Shown here piece by piece: positions 41,104 to 54,000 of a DNA stretch of 64,000 bases; the first letter of the stretch is position 1, and every line of letters begins with the position of its first letter. The notes under the pieces are model-generated. The model worked only from the letters and a program-made list of their open reading frames with translations, made no database searches and had not been told where the DNA came from. The position numbers and the translations under genes are program-made. The stretch is from the NCBI GenBank assembly GCA_016748015.1, contig JAAOMT010000627.1, forward strand, positions 62,001 through 126,000, read 5' to 3'. The stretch is from Geosiphon pyriformis uo1 (Eukaryota; Fungi; Glomeromycota).

Positions 41104-43616
41104 ATAAGTATATAATAACTTATTAAATTTTTTATTTTTACTAAAAATATTATGCCAAAATATAGAGCTTTTTTTAGAATAAAAACATTTTTTTTCAAGT
41201 AAAATTATTTATTTAAAAATATAAGTAAAATATTATTTTATAAATATTAATAATACAGATAAATAAAATTATTTTGCTAAAACTTAAATTTACACTATTT
41301 TTAATTATTTATTTAATCTAAAAAAACTTAAATATATATATACTAAAATAAAATAAAAAAAATATATTAATAAAAAATTATTTAAAAAAACTTAAATATA
41401 TATATACTAAAATAAAATAAAATATATATATAAATTAATATAAAAAAAAGATATAATAACTTATTTAAAAATATTTTTTCAAAAAATAATTTTCAAAAAA
41501 TAATCTAACCAGAAAATAACATAAAATTATTTATTTTTATATATATAATAAGTATATTTTTTAGCTTATAATAAAAATTAAAGTCTTTAAATTCTTAATA
41601 AAAAACAATTTTTATGAAAAAAAGATAAAAGTTATCTAATTTATATTAATAAATTCTTAATTAATGTTTGTAATTATTTTGTATTTTCTAAAAAAATACA
41701 AATATTAAACAAGATTTTTAAAAAAACTTATATTATTATATATTTAAACAAAAATAATAATAATAATTAATAGAAGACCAAAAACTTAATTAATTAGATA
41801 ATTAAACATGTTATTTTTATATTTAAACCATTTTTTTCAAAATATTAAGTTTTATTTATATTTAATAATATATTAAGTCATATTGTTTTATTGTTAAGCA
41901 TATAAATCTCTATTTTAATAAAAAGTAACCAAAAACATAAAACATATATTTTGGTAAAAAAATTTAACAAAATATGATTTTTTTATTAGACTATTATATT
42001 TCTAAATTGTATAAATAGCCAAAAAGATTAAAACAAATTCTGATTAAAAAAAATTATGACCAAATAAAAAGTTAAAATTAAAAAAAGCATAAAAAATAAT
42101 AATAAACAACCAAACTTTTTAACACCAAAAAATAACTAAAAGAGACTATTATTATAATTAAACATCAAATTCTGTTCTATTTAAAGTTTTATTATAAATT
42201 CAACTATGTTAAGAACTTTTGAAATACAGCCAAAAAATTTAGTTGGTCATATTGTAATTACTTATAAATGGAATTATAAAGAAATATTTTATTAATTTTT
42301 GCTTTTATTTTACTTATAATTATTTATCAATATGCAAAAAAATACATTTTGCTATGTGAATGTATATTAAAAAAGCTTGACAAATCAAATAGTAAAATTT
42401 GTAGTTAAAAAATACCATTTACATCACTGGGTTTTTGATTCAGTTTTACAATTAATTGATATTTAATAAATTAGTTAATTTAGTATCATACTGAAAAGCT
42501 GGTGTTATGATTAGAAGAAGTTTAATTAACATATTATTCTTAATTAGCCAATCAGCAACGAACATGATTATATATGTTGATCACGTGTAAGTAGCCAAAT
42601 TATTAGTTTAATAGTAAAATTGTGCAACTTTAAATCACTACTGTTCTATTAAAAATTATTTTACAGAAAATTTGAAAACATAACATTGTTTAATTTGAAT
42701 AGCTTTACCATTCTATGATTAAATTTGGTGTCTATCTTTTTTTTTGAGCAAGAAGTAGTGATTTGAATTTTATCAAGTTTAGTAGTTGGAACTAAGTTGT
42801 ACACATTATATTCATTTCCCCGATCACATTTGAAGATAATATGAGTACTATTAGCAGCAGAGCGTTGTTTTGTTGGAAGTATGTAAAGGTGTTAAGACTT
42901 TGTATCATCATCTCACAAGAGCTATATGATGTTTCTGGAGGTGGTAACATCATATGTAATTTTATAAAAAGATGTAATTACTTGTAAAATCAAAAGAAAA
43001 CTTATGAAGTTTATTCTAGAGCTCTTTGATTATAAACTCGTTAATATGTTCCTATATATAGTTGAATACGAAACTATGATGTAAATGATATCACATGTTG
43101 CGGGTGGGTCGATTTAGCAAATCCTATGAATAACTTAAACTTGAAATTTACGATCAAATAACCCTCAAATTTGAATAAGAGAGTTTTCGCAAATATAATA
43201 GATTAACATATTCTTGTCATCATTTTATAATTTAAATCTCTTTGTCTCATTTCACATCATATTCGACAAGAAATAATATCAAACTGAATATTCCTCTTTA
43301 AAAGTCCTCCTCTAATCAGTCTTTAACAACATCCTATTTGTCTTTTCAATTCAATTCATTTCCTTTCCAAATTCTCATAAAACTTTCTTCAAGACATTGA
43401 GATCTGGACCTTCCAAATTCATTTCAATCGTAAAAGAATAAATCATAATCTTCAAAGTCATTGTAATTCAAACGGCTAGAATACATGTTCTTTTATAATA
43501 TATATATATATATTTTTTATAACAACTTCTGCAAAATCAAATTGAAATTCACTGCAAAAACTTAAAAACTAACGTTATCTTACCCACCCAGCTCTTCATA
43601 TTATACATATGGTATT

Positions 43617-46600
43617 ATGGCATTACATCCAGAAAAAAATTATAGTCTTCCTGAACTCAGCAAATACGAGTCAGAGATGGCTGATTTTTTCAAAGAATTT
43701 TCCGATCAATACGGTTATGATGGAAAAATTGACCAGATACGGGAGAAAGAATACCCTCAATTAAAAGGTAAAATATGTCATTCCCCGATATTTCCCTCGG
43801 ATGAAAAAAAATAAAAACATCTACCATATTAAAAACTGTTTCATAATACTTGTAGATGCTATCTATCTTGACCATGCTGGCACAACAACTTATGCTCAAT
43901 CTACTCTCAATTCCTTCCACTCTGATTTGTCGAAAACACTCTATGGAAATCCTCACTCAAAATCACCTAGCTCTCAACTTTCAACTGACCGTGTTAACAA
44001 TGTTCGAGCTCGCATTTTGAAACACTTTGACGCTAATCCCGACCATTACACCGTAATATTCACCGCAAACGCAACTAGCGCTATTAAACTTGTTGGTGAA
44101 ACTTTTCCCTGGGAAAAAGGCGCAACCTCTTTTCGTTATTTACGTGAAGCTCACACAAGCCTTTTGGGTTTACGTAGTTATGCCGCAGAAAGTGAAGTAC
44201 GAGAGATAAAACCTATGACGGAGGACGAAATTGAACTGGACTTACAAGCTCGAGATAAACATTCTCTTCATCATCAAAACCCTCATTTTCATAATGATAT
44301 ACCACAAATCGAATTTGAAGGTCAAACTGATGGTGTACCGATAATCAACAGCGGAGTAACTTATAATTTATTTGCCTATCCAGCACAATGTAATTTCTCT
44401 GGAATGAGATTCCCTCTTGATTGGACTCAAAAAATGAAAAGAATTCTCAACACTCAAAATCAAAAAGTTTTGGTCTTATTGGATGCTGCAGCATATACCA
44501 CAACCTCGCCACTATCATTGGCTGAAACCGAGAATTCTCCAGATTTTGTGGTTGTTAGTTTTTACAAATTATTTGGCTATCCAACTGGTCTTGGTGCGTT
44601 AATTCTGAAAAGGGAATTGAGTCCAATATTGAAAAAGAGATATTTTGGAGGTGGCACAGGTATTAAACTTTATTTTTTGGTCCATATGGTTTGATTATGG
44701 TTCACAAATATTCATTCTTTTTCAAACTTTCTCGATAGTCACTGCAGTATTCTGGAATATGAATTGGCAATATTTTCATGAAGAATTATGGGGAAGATAT
44801 GAAGATGGTACAATTAATTTCCTCGATATTATCGCCCTTGATCATGCATTCAATGCATCTGATAGTCTTTACAAAGATTTTACACATATTCGGTCCCATG
44901 TCACATCACTTAATCAATATCTTCATAGAAGTATGGTACAACTTCGACACTGGAATAGCGCTCCACTTTGTGTAATCAATTCTGATCGAGATTTTTCTGA
45001 CAGTTGTCAGCAGGGACCGATCATAAATTTTAATTTGAAACGTGCTGATGGTTCTTGGATTGGCTACAATGAAGTTGAAACATTGGCTAGCGCAAACGGA
45101 ATTCATGTCAGAACTGGCGGTCATTGTAACCCTGGTTCCGTGGCCAGATGGATGCAAGTTACTCCTGATGACATTGTAAGCTTTAAACGATTCACTATTC
45201 ATTTAAACCCTTCCCTATGTAATTTTTCTGTAAATCATTGCTTAGGAAAATAAAAGTTGCCATGATGATCGGGACATTGTAAACGGGAAACCAGTTGGTG
45301 CCTTACGAGTTTCCTTAGGTGCAATGTCGACCATTGATGAAATTTTTGTCTGGATTGATTTCTTAAAGACATTATTTGTGGAGAGCGAGCCACCAATCGC
45401 AAAATTCAAAGGCTTCAATGATATTGCACACGATTTTTACGACAAATTTCTCGGATCTTCAATTTCCAATGGTACTCGAGAAAAGTCACAACTTGAATTG
45501 GAAATTATTACTTTATGTGAGATTATTATGAATGAAAATATTTAATATAATCTACCAAGAAACCGTATTAAATAATTTTTACTTCAAATAGTTCCTATCA
45601 AATCTTGTCATGGTTACGTTGTGCATGATTCGGTTTCATGGCCTCTTACTAGTCAAGGGCTTTTATATGATCGTGAATGGATGATTGTGAACAGTGAGAA
45701 TGGTCAGGCTCTCAGTCAAAAAAAGTATATGATTTTTTATGAAATTTTCTTTTAGTTTCAACGTTCTAAATAATCCCTAAATACTCTTTTCCTTTAGATA
45801 TCCTCGTATGGCGTTAATAAGACCAAAGGTGTTAATAGACGAAGGAGTGCTTCAAATTAAAGCTTCAGGTCAAGCGCCTCTACGTATTGCTCTTGAAGAT
45901 TATCCAGAAAATATATCGTCCACCTCAATTTGCAGCTCATCACGAGTTTTTGGTGAAAGGCATGTGTAAAATTGATGAAATTATTTTCTTCAAGTTGTTT
46001 GTGATTAAATACCTTTTTATTTTCTCTAGCATCGATGCATTGTATTACACAAATTCTAAAATCAACGAATGGTTCTCAAATTTTCTTGGCCTTTCATGCA
46101 TACTTGCCCGTCAGCCAAAGCAAAATCAAGAGAACCCTGAAAATATGAACATTCGTCGAAGATTCATAAAACCACATCTGAAAGCATCCGCCACAGCTCC
46201 GCTTTCTCTTTCAAATGAATCTCCTTTTTTATTAATATCAAAATCGAGTGTGAATGATGTGAACGAAAAGATACGCGAATCGGGAAAAAAGGAGATTGAA
46301 ACGGATTGCTTTAGAGGAAATTTTGTGGTTCGAGGCGCTTTTAGATTTGAAGAAGATGAATGGTCCGTGATTCGAATTGGTGGGCAAGCGTTTAAGGTAT
46401 GATTCCCCAAATAAACCTTTGGATCATGATTCATCTGACTTTATTGGAATTAAATCATGAAATTTCAAAATCGTACTTTTTCTAGATTATAGGACCCTGT
46501 AGGCGGTGCTATATGGTCACAGTAAATCAGACCACTGGCGAGAAAACAAGTGAACCATATGCCACATTAAGAAAGCACCGAAATTTTAATGTAAATGGCT

Positions 46601-46767
46601 TTTTCTGTTTACCTGACAGTTATGAATGCTCAGCTAAAATGGAAATCACCAAATAGGGTAAAATATATTTTGGTCAACACATGATTCATATGCCTAAACT
46701 CTCAGAGACACCTCACATCATAAAATCCGGATCGCCCATCAATGTTTTGGAACGAATATCTTCATGA
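43617..46767 (+). CDS. hxB: Molybdenum cofactor sulfurase (NifS-like PLP domain + MOSC domain); 9 exons: 43617-43767, 43856-44659, 44739-45175, 45246-45516, 45592-45724, 45798-45959, 46030-46396, 46486-46590, 46657-46767
   Basis: YLDHAG, GNPHS, SFYKLFGYPTGLG (PLP lysine), YEDGT, RTGGHCNPG, PIKSC, LLYDREWM, FRGNFVV, CRRC. Eight short introns with AG acceptors join into one continuous frame. Confidence 0.93.
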
Positions 46768-47790
46768 ATGGTTCTAAGAATTTGCATTATTATTTGGTTT
46801 TTGTTATATGACATAAATTCACATATTCCCGGTCGAACCTTTTGTTTATTTTCATCAGGAAGGAGGAGGACAAATGTGAGCTTTAAATGGTTACTCGTCT
46901 ATATAAAAATAGGATTCCACATCTCGCAACATTATATTTCAACCTTTGGCGAAAAAACCGAAAAAGTAGGTAACGCAATCTGTGATTAAGTTATTGAGAC
47001 ATTTATTCTAATTCACATTCAAATTAGACCGGTACAAGGAAAAGTAAAAAAAAAAGTTATCGAATAGAAGCTGGTAATTTCTCTATTCCAAAGATGATGT
47101 TGGTGGTAGAGATAAACAGGATAGAAAGTAGCTTTATTCAAAAAATGACGAACACAGTAAAATCTTGTTTCTTATTTAATGATCCGTATACACTTTGGTG
47201 TTCGTTAGCAATTTTGGATCCTGATTGTATCATTCAAAAAAACTTTAAAGCACGATGAAATTTTATTTTCGGTTTATGGTTCAATTACTCACCTGACAAA
47301 ATTATCTTTCAACATGATCAGACAGCATAATCGATTGAGGCACTTAGAGGCTCGAAGTGTTCCTGCCAACATGAACATGAGATGTGAGAAATTTGAACGA
47401 TATATACAATTAATACAATAAGAATAAGCCTTGATTCGATAGGCATATGTAAATGAGAGCGTAAAGCGTTAAACTGTTCTGAAATTTTAAATCGAGGAAA
47501 GTTATAACTTGGAATAAAGCGAAATAGATTCGAGCAAGGCTGTCAACAGTAGAACTATCTGCCAAGGTGTCCTTGTTTCTTTGAATTAATTTTGACTATA
47601 GTTTGGACCCGCCTCGATTTTACGCCTGTCATTATTTTGAGATTCAAAAAAAAACAACGGTAGAATCATAACCTAGACCAATTTAAATAATATTCAATTC
47701 GTCTCTTACTTTGAGTCCATCCACTTCTCCCTCTACAGGTTAATCAATAGGTGGAGAAAGCCGGAATCTTGCCATGATCTTATTTATCTT

Positions 47791-50040
47791 CTAATCCATA
47801 AAGCTCTTTGTTGTTTTATCAATTTTAAAGCCCAGGGTATTCATCTCAGAAACTAACTCCACCGCCTTTTTGTCGTCATGTTCAAGATAACAAGCGTGGC
47901 GCAAAAGTTGAAATATAACATGGGTCAATTTTCTTTCCAGCTTTAACCGATTGTATATCTTCCAACAAAATTCTAGATCATGTTGATGGACCATCGCACC
48001 CAATAATTTCGTAGCGGCTTTAATATCTATTTCTATATCTGAGGCAATATTTGCTTCAAATACTTGACGTGCACCCGACATATCACCGTGCAGAAGGTGG
48101 GATAAAATCAGATTTCCATATGTATCTCTGTCTGGTTTATAATTTAAAGATATCATAGACTTGTAGGTACGGATCACATTTGTCAAGTCAGGCATGATTC
48201 GACTGTATCCTCGGATGAGGATGTTGAAAGTATCAAGCGATGGAGACACATGATGACGCTGCATTTCTCTCAGCAAGTTGTGCACACCTTCTTTGTCGTG
48301 ATCCATGAATAGGCCAAAAAGCAGCGTATTGTACATACAGATATCAGGTTTAAATTCAAATTCTATCATATTTTGATACACCTCGATCGCGCTTTGCACT
48401 CTTGAATTGTATATGCACACTTCAATTAGTTGTTGATAAAAGTTTTCATTGAACATTTGATTGGTTTTGCGCGCAAAACGAAAAAAATTGATGGCACCAT
48501 CTGGATCATTAGTATTAGAAAATCCAGTCATCAACTGATCATAAGCCTTGGTACTCGGTTTCATGCCTCCAGAAATCATATCGTAATATATCTCAAGAGC
48601 TGCAAAATAATTTTTCCTTTTAGACCAAGCATCGATCAATATAAGCGAGCCTGTCGTCAAGGGAAAAGGGTTATTTCTTTCTCTTAATTTCATATAAACG
48701 GAATGTGCCAAGGAAACATTTCCGAGATCTATTAACTTTGAGAACAAATCGATCAGGAATAAATCAGAGACCTGTTTTTCCCAATCTTCACGAGTGAAAC
48801 CCAAAACATGGTTCTTTGAAGAGAGGAGAATCGAGGTTAATTTACCAAGAGAAGAAGCGGGAATGAAATGGAGGGGATATGAAGAATATAAGATCCGCTC
48901 AATTAACACTAAGCATGTGAGGGGGGTGGGCACTAGTCCATAAATAGGTTTCATTTGCTCAACGTATTTTAAAGCTGTTTGAAGCCCATTTAAACCACTT
49001 TGAGATGCTGGTTCGGAATGGCAAGAACTTTGCTGATCCCAATAACTCACACAAGCATTTATAAAATATTGAAAAGTAATCTCAGTAGGTTTTATTTCTC
49101 TCTCAATCATTTCATTGAAAATTCTTTGTGCCAAACCCCATTCAGATCGCGTTCCAAGCGTTTGAAATATCATATGGTATATTTCAACGGTGGCTTTGTA
49201 TCGATGTTTCCGGAAAAAGGTTTCAAAGGCCCATTCGACATCTTTGTATCGTTCATTAAAAAAAGCTTCTTTTATGAATTCAATAACGATAATTCGAGTA
49301 GGAATCAAGGATGAGAGAAACATCTTTCTTATCAGATAATTGGCAATATCTAATTCTTTAGTTACGTTAACATGAGTGTGGATCATCAGACAGTAAATGT
49401 AGATGTTTGGGAACAATCCAAATTTTTGCATTATTTGGTACCAATTTCGAGCTTGGACTGTATCCTGAGCTAGACAATGTTTTTCAATTAAGCAAAGAAA
49501 TGTATTATATGAAGGAATATAACCCTTCTGGCGCATATCTGTGTACACTTCCTGGTGTAGAGTTGCCGAGCCCTCTCGCAATAAAAAGTTAAAAGATTTT
49601 TCACTAAGTTCAGCCCGAATTTTGCGCAACTGTTTCCAAAGCCACGTATATTGACTTTCCACTTCTTTCTCCGATAGGAACTTATTCTTTTTGAGGACCA
49701 CGAACAGGTGTTCAGTTTCCTTAGAAGTTAGTTGTTGAAGTATGAATTTTTTTTCACCGCGAAGCCTTTCCAATAATATCCATATTTTAACAGGAGTAGG
49801 TTGATATATAAGAGAAAGTCTAAGTCTCCAGAGTAGTAAATTGGGGTCAATTGGTGCAATCTCGACATTCGAAAAACTAAGAGCCGCCTTGGAAGATATT
49901 TCACGATATTTCTTATCATGAGTTTGGCAAGACCACCTGAATTTCTTCAAAGTTCCAGCTCTCCAAAAGACAGGTGTTCTCTCGAGAATACGGGAGCGAA
50001 TTCGGGAAAGGCTTCTTGATACAAGTGGTTGGCCGCACAT
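47791..50040 (-). CDS. Pentatricopeptide repeat (PPR) protein, 749 aa from the first ATG, probably mitochondrial
   Basis: Uninterrupted ORF; many ~35-aa helical repeats (KPDICMYNTLL, SPSLDTFNILIRGY, KPDRDTYGNLI); Arg/Ser-rich, acid-poor N-terminus. Confidence 0.92.
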   Translation of the reverse strand: MCGQPLVSRSLSRIRSRILERTPVFWRAGTLKKFRWSCQTHDKKYREISSKAALSFSNVEIAPIDPNLLLWRLRLSLIYQPTPVKIWILLERLRGEKKFILQQLTSKETEHLFVVLKKNKFLSEKEVESQYTWLWKQLRKIRAELSEKSFNFLLREGSATLHQEVYTDMRQKGYIPSYNTFLCLIEKHCLAQDTVQARNWYQIMQKFGLFPNIYIYCLMIHTHVNVTKELDIANYLIRKMFLSSLIPTRIIVIEFIKEAFFNERYKDVEWAFETFFRKHRYKATVEIYHMIFQTLGTRSEWGLAQRIFNEMIEREIKPTEITFQYFINACVSYWDQQSSCHSEPASQSGLNGLQTALKYVEQMKPIYGLVPTPLTCLVLIERILYSSYPLHFIPASSLGKLTSILLSSKNHVLGFTREDWEKQVSDLFLIDLFSKLIDLGNVSLAHSVYMKLRERNNPFPLTTGSLILIDAWSKRKNYFAALEIYYDMISGGMKPSTKAYDQLMTGFSNTNDPDGAINFFRFARKTNQMFNENFYQQLIEVCIYNSRVQSAIEVYQNMIEFEFKPDICMYNTLLFGLFMDHDKEGVHNLLREMQRHHVSPSLDTFNILIRGYSRIMPDLTNVIRTYKSMISLNYKPDRDTYGNLILSHLLHGDMSGARQVFEANIASDIEIDIKAATKLLGAMVHQHDLEFCWKIYNRLKLERKLTHVIFQLLRHACYLEHDDKKAVELVSEMNTLGFKIDKTTKSFMD

Positions 50041-51009
50041 CTGAAACTTTTTGAAAATCACACATTTTTAGCCAAGATAATTGGCTGATCCCTTTATTTT
50101 TCAATCTTTATCTAATCGGATGAATGCAAAAACATATGTTTATAATTGGTTAAATTTATAATAAAATTTTTATTTCTAAGCAGCATAATCTACAAAGGAA
50201 GCAGTACATTTAATAAAAATTTACATAAAATCTTTTTAATTTAAAATTTTTTATGAATATTGAAAATTTTACAAATATAATATTTTGCGATCTTTCAATA
50301 CATTTCAATATAATTTAATTTGGAAGTAAAATGTCTTATTTTTTACAATTTATTTAAACAAATAATAATTCGTTTAATTTTTATAATTAAATTTATTTTG
50401 CAAATTATTTTCACATATAATACAATCAATATTTGATTTATTATGCAAAATAAATTGTTTAAAATATTAAAAATAAGTTATCAAATTTTATTTTTTATGA
50501 TGTTTTATCATTAAACTGTTTTTTAAATAAATTGAAATTTAAAAAAACAATAAATTTATTATAATTATAATAATATAATAAACAAAAACAAAACTGTTTT
50601 ATGTTTGTAGATTGCAGTTGGGTCTTATTTTATTAAACATTATTTACAACATAACTATTTAATTAAACCAAATAATTTAATATATATTGTTAAATCTAAT
50701 TATAATTAATTAATTTCTTATATTATAAACATTAACAAATATATTTTATATTTATTTTTAAACTGGTTGAAGTTTTTAAGTAAACTAATAATTGAATTTC
50801 ACAAAAATAAATCATGTTTTTATATTTATAATATAATAAATATTAACAGTTAACAAAAAAACAACCAAGTTTAATAAAAATTTAATTTTTTTAATCACAA
50901 ATTTCATTAATTTAAACAAGTTTTATAATTTAAACTTTAATAAACTTAATTTAATTTTATATATTTTATTAAGTACTTTAAATTAAAATATTATACCAAT
51001 AAAATAATT

Positions 51010-54000
51010 TGTAAAAGGTTTAAAAAAATTTTAAAAGAAGTTTTTACAATTTAATATGATAAATCCAAACTTTTTATTTTTAACTACAAGGCCACTGTTG
51101 GCTGTAGTATTGCTGTTATGGAGAAGACTACTAAAGTTTCTGGTTCTGGTGGTGGCTTCAGACTTGTGCTTTCAAAGAAAAAAAGAAGAGATGGAGTTTT
51201 AAAAAATGGTTTTGATGATGTGAATTTTGGTTTTAAGATTCAGAATAGTCACTCATGAAGTTCAGAAACTGGTAACACTACTGAGTTTAATAGCATTAAC
51301 ATAGAAGAAAAGTGTCTGGTTGAGGAAACCAGTTTTAATTATGGTGAAGGTAATGTTCTTGCTGGTAAAAATCCTAATCAAATGCCTAAAAATTCTGGAG
51401 TCAAAACCAAAACAGTGCTGGGTAAGCCTCTAGGAAAAATTAATTTCTCAATTGGTAGTAATGATAATGATGTTCTTTCAGATGTTTCTTTGGAACTCTC
51501 TCCATTCTTAAAAAATTTGGTTGATGTGTCTGTTTACAAATCTTTTATTTTAAATGTTGGGCTGGATAAAATTGCTGGGAAAACTTCTCAAAAAAAATAT
51601 TTGGTAATCAGAAAATTATTTTCAGGAATTAATGGTTTTGGAAGAGCATCTATCTCCTCAAAATTTTCAGGTATTATTAGAACAATGTTTACTTCCAAAT
51701 TTGGTTTAATAAAAGCCATTGAAAAGGCTGCTGGTACAAAGATTGTAGTAAATGCTGATTTCAAAAAATTTATTGGGTGTTCAGATCAGGCTGTGGTATT
51801 AAAAAAAATTCTAGTTAGAACTTTTGCTAAGACTGTATGTGCTGCTGTATCTGAATTTGAGATAATTAAGTCGATCAAGATGTAATTGGTAAGACTATAG
51901 CAAAAGACAATCATTGAATTTGAAGAACAAAATCAGGCTAATTTTTTGGCTGATAAGTGGTCTATTTTTATTGAGAAGAATGCTGTTCATGTGGCCAGAG
52001 CAGATCTTAACAAAAAAACATAGAATTTAAAAAACCAACATAGGGCACTGTTCTACACTCTACTTGTAGGAACTAATGCTTATGACATCTGAAATTTTAT
52101 TGGTTTTGTGGATGAGAAAATATGTGCAATTAATCATTATCCTGTTACATATGCTCAGGCCAGATGTGTTATTGTTTGTTTTAAGTCAGCTGAATTATTG
52201 AATGCCATTATGAAGACCACACTAGTGTTAAAAGGTGTCTATTTTTGATGGTCTCATCTTGTTTCTGTTGTATATGTAAAGTGTGGAAATTCAAATTATA
52301 TATCTTTAGGCAGTTTTTTTAGTGGAAAATCTTCTTCTGGTGGCTTGCTGTAAAGAGTTTTTTCAGATGCTGATAAAAGCAGACTGGCTGCCATTTATTT
52401 CAAATGCTTAGCTTTGGTTGCTCACTGTGTTTTTTTTAGAGGTTTATCTTGGACACAGATTGCTGGTAGGTCTTTTTTCTCTCCTTTTCTTGTGTGTAAT
52501 ATTTTGGTTAAATTTGGTTTCTTTTTGGAGATGAAATCTACCTCTCTGATTACAAAAAGCATTGATAATAAGTTCACTATTTTAGAGCATGGTCTTGCTA
52601 GTTTTGTGAAACAAATTAATGAGTTGGTTAAGAGATTAGAGTCACTTGTGCCAGCAGTTTTCCAGTCTAGCCCTGAAAGTCAGCTGCTGGTAACTCTCTC
52701 ATTACAGAATCAGGTAGGTAATATAGTAATAGAAAAGGGTTTGAGTAAGGCCACTAGTGGCAAGACTACTGTGATTTTAGATTTTTTATTATCTTTTAAG
52801 ATAGTCAAACTGGAAAATATGTTTAAAGATCTCTCTACTTCAGTTTTCAGTCTGTTAACATGCTTTGATAGCATTGTTCTGGCTGGTAGTGTTAATTTTC
52901 AACTGTCTTTTCAATAAGTGATCTTGTCTGGAAGTTTGCTATGTGCAATGTTCGAAGTATTAACATCTCTGCCAAACAGAAGAACATTGTTCATTGGCAT
53001 ATGGAATCTGAGAATATGGTTTCAATTATTACTGAAATGAAATTGAAGTCTAGCAGTAAACCTTGAATTATAAACAGATTTGATGATGTCAGGATTTTTT
53101 CATCTGGTTTGAACAAAGAGTTTCTTGGTGCTGAGATTGCTATTGTTATGAACAATTTTCTGGCTTGTCATGTTTCTAAAGTCGAAGAAATCTCTGGTTG
53201 AATTGTTTCAATATGATTTCTTTTTAAAGACAAACTTTCAGTTACAGTTTTAGGTTTGTATGTTGGTGTGTTTTCTGAAACTAGGTTTGGTTAGGCTATA
53301 GAAGTTAACTCTTTTATCACAAAGACTTTAAACTTTAGTATTTTTGTGGTCTTAAGTGGTAATTTCAATGAAAATAATTCTAAGGAAAGTGCAAGTTTTA
53401 GGTTTTGTCTGGATCTGAATTTGGCCAACTCATTTGATATACACCTGCTGGTTAGGGCTCCTACATGAAGCAATTCAAGAAGTATTAAGAAACAATCAAT
53501 TATATTTTTGTTAGTGATAGTTTGTCTTCAGCAGTTGCTGGTCAAAATGTTGTTTCTGTCTCTAATTATTTTAACACTAATCACAAGGCTGTTGTGATGT
53601 TGGTTGGTCTGAGTAGGCTTTTGAATGTTTGTTTGAATAATTTGCATAAGCAAGCTAATAAAAATTATTGGAAGTTCAAGATTGCAGATGCAAATAATCC
53701 CAAATGGGCTTGTTTTAAAGAGAGTTTTTCTGTTATGTTTTCTTCCATGGTTGATAAATTTTTGGTTGCAAGTGCTAATGGGGATTTTGATTTTATGTGG
53801 TCTTTGTTGGTAAAAATAATGGTTAATTTAGCTAATAAAACATTTTTTAGGCATTGGTTTTGTGAAGTCAAATATTCTTTTAACAAACAGTCTTCAAAAT
53901 TTTTTAAGCTGGAACTGTTGATTGCTAAGTTAATAAGATTTCTTTAATCTGATAATACTTCTAAAACTGGTTTTTTTCTTAATGCTTGGTTGATTGCTAA

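Noticed and set aside
41320-41422. ~39-bp direct duplication in AT-rich DNA
   Set aside because: Low-complexity local duplication with no sign of function.
42545-42590. CCAAT and CACGTG motifs ~1 kb upstream of hxB
   Set aside because: Short motifs expected by chance; cannot be supported as regulatory sites from sequence alone.
46768-46989. 73-aa ORF directly after the hxB stop
   Set aside because: Short, has no motif, and lies in the expected 3'UTR.
50041-50061. GTG-initiated N-terminal extension of the PPR ORF
   Set aside because: This is a eukaryotic gene with an in-frame ATG at 50040, seven codons downstream.
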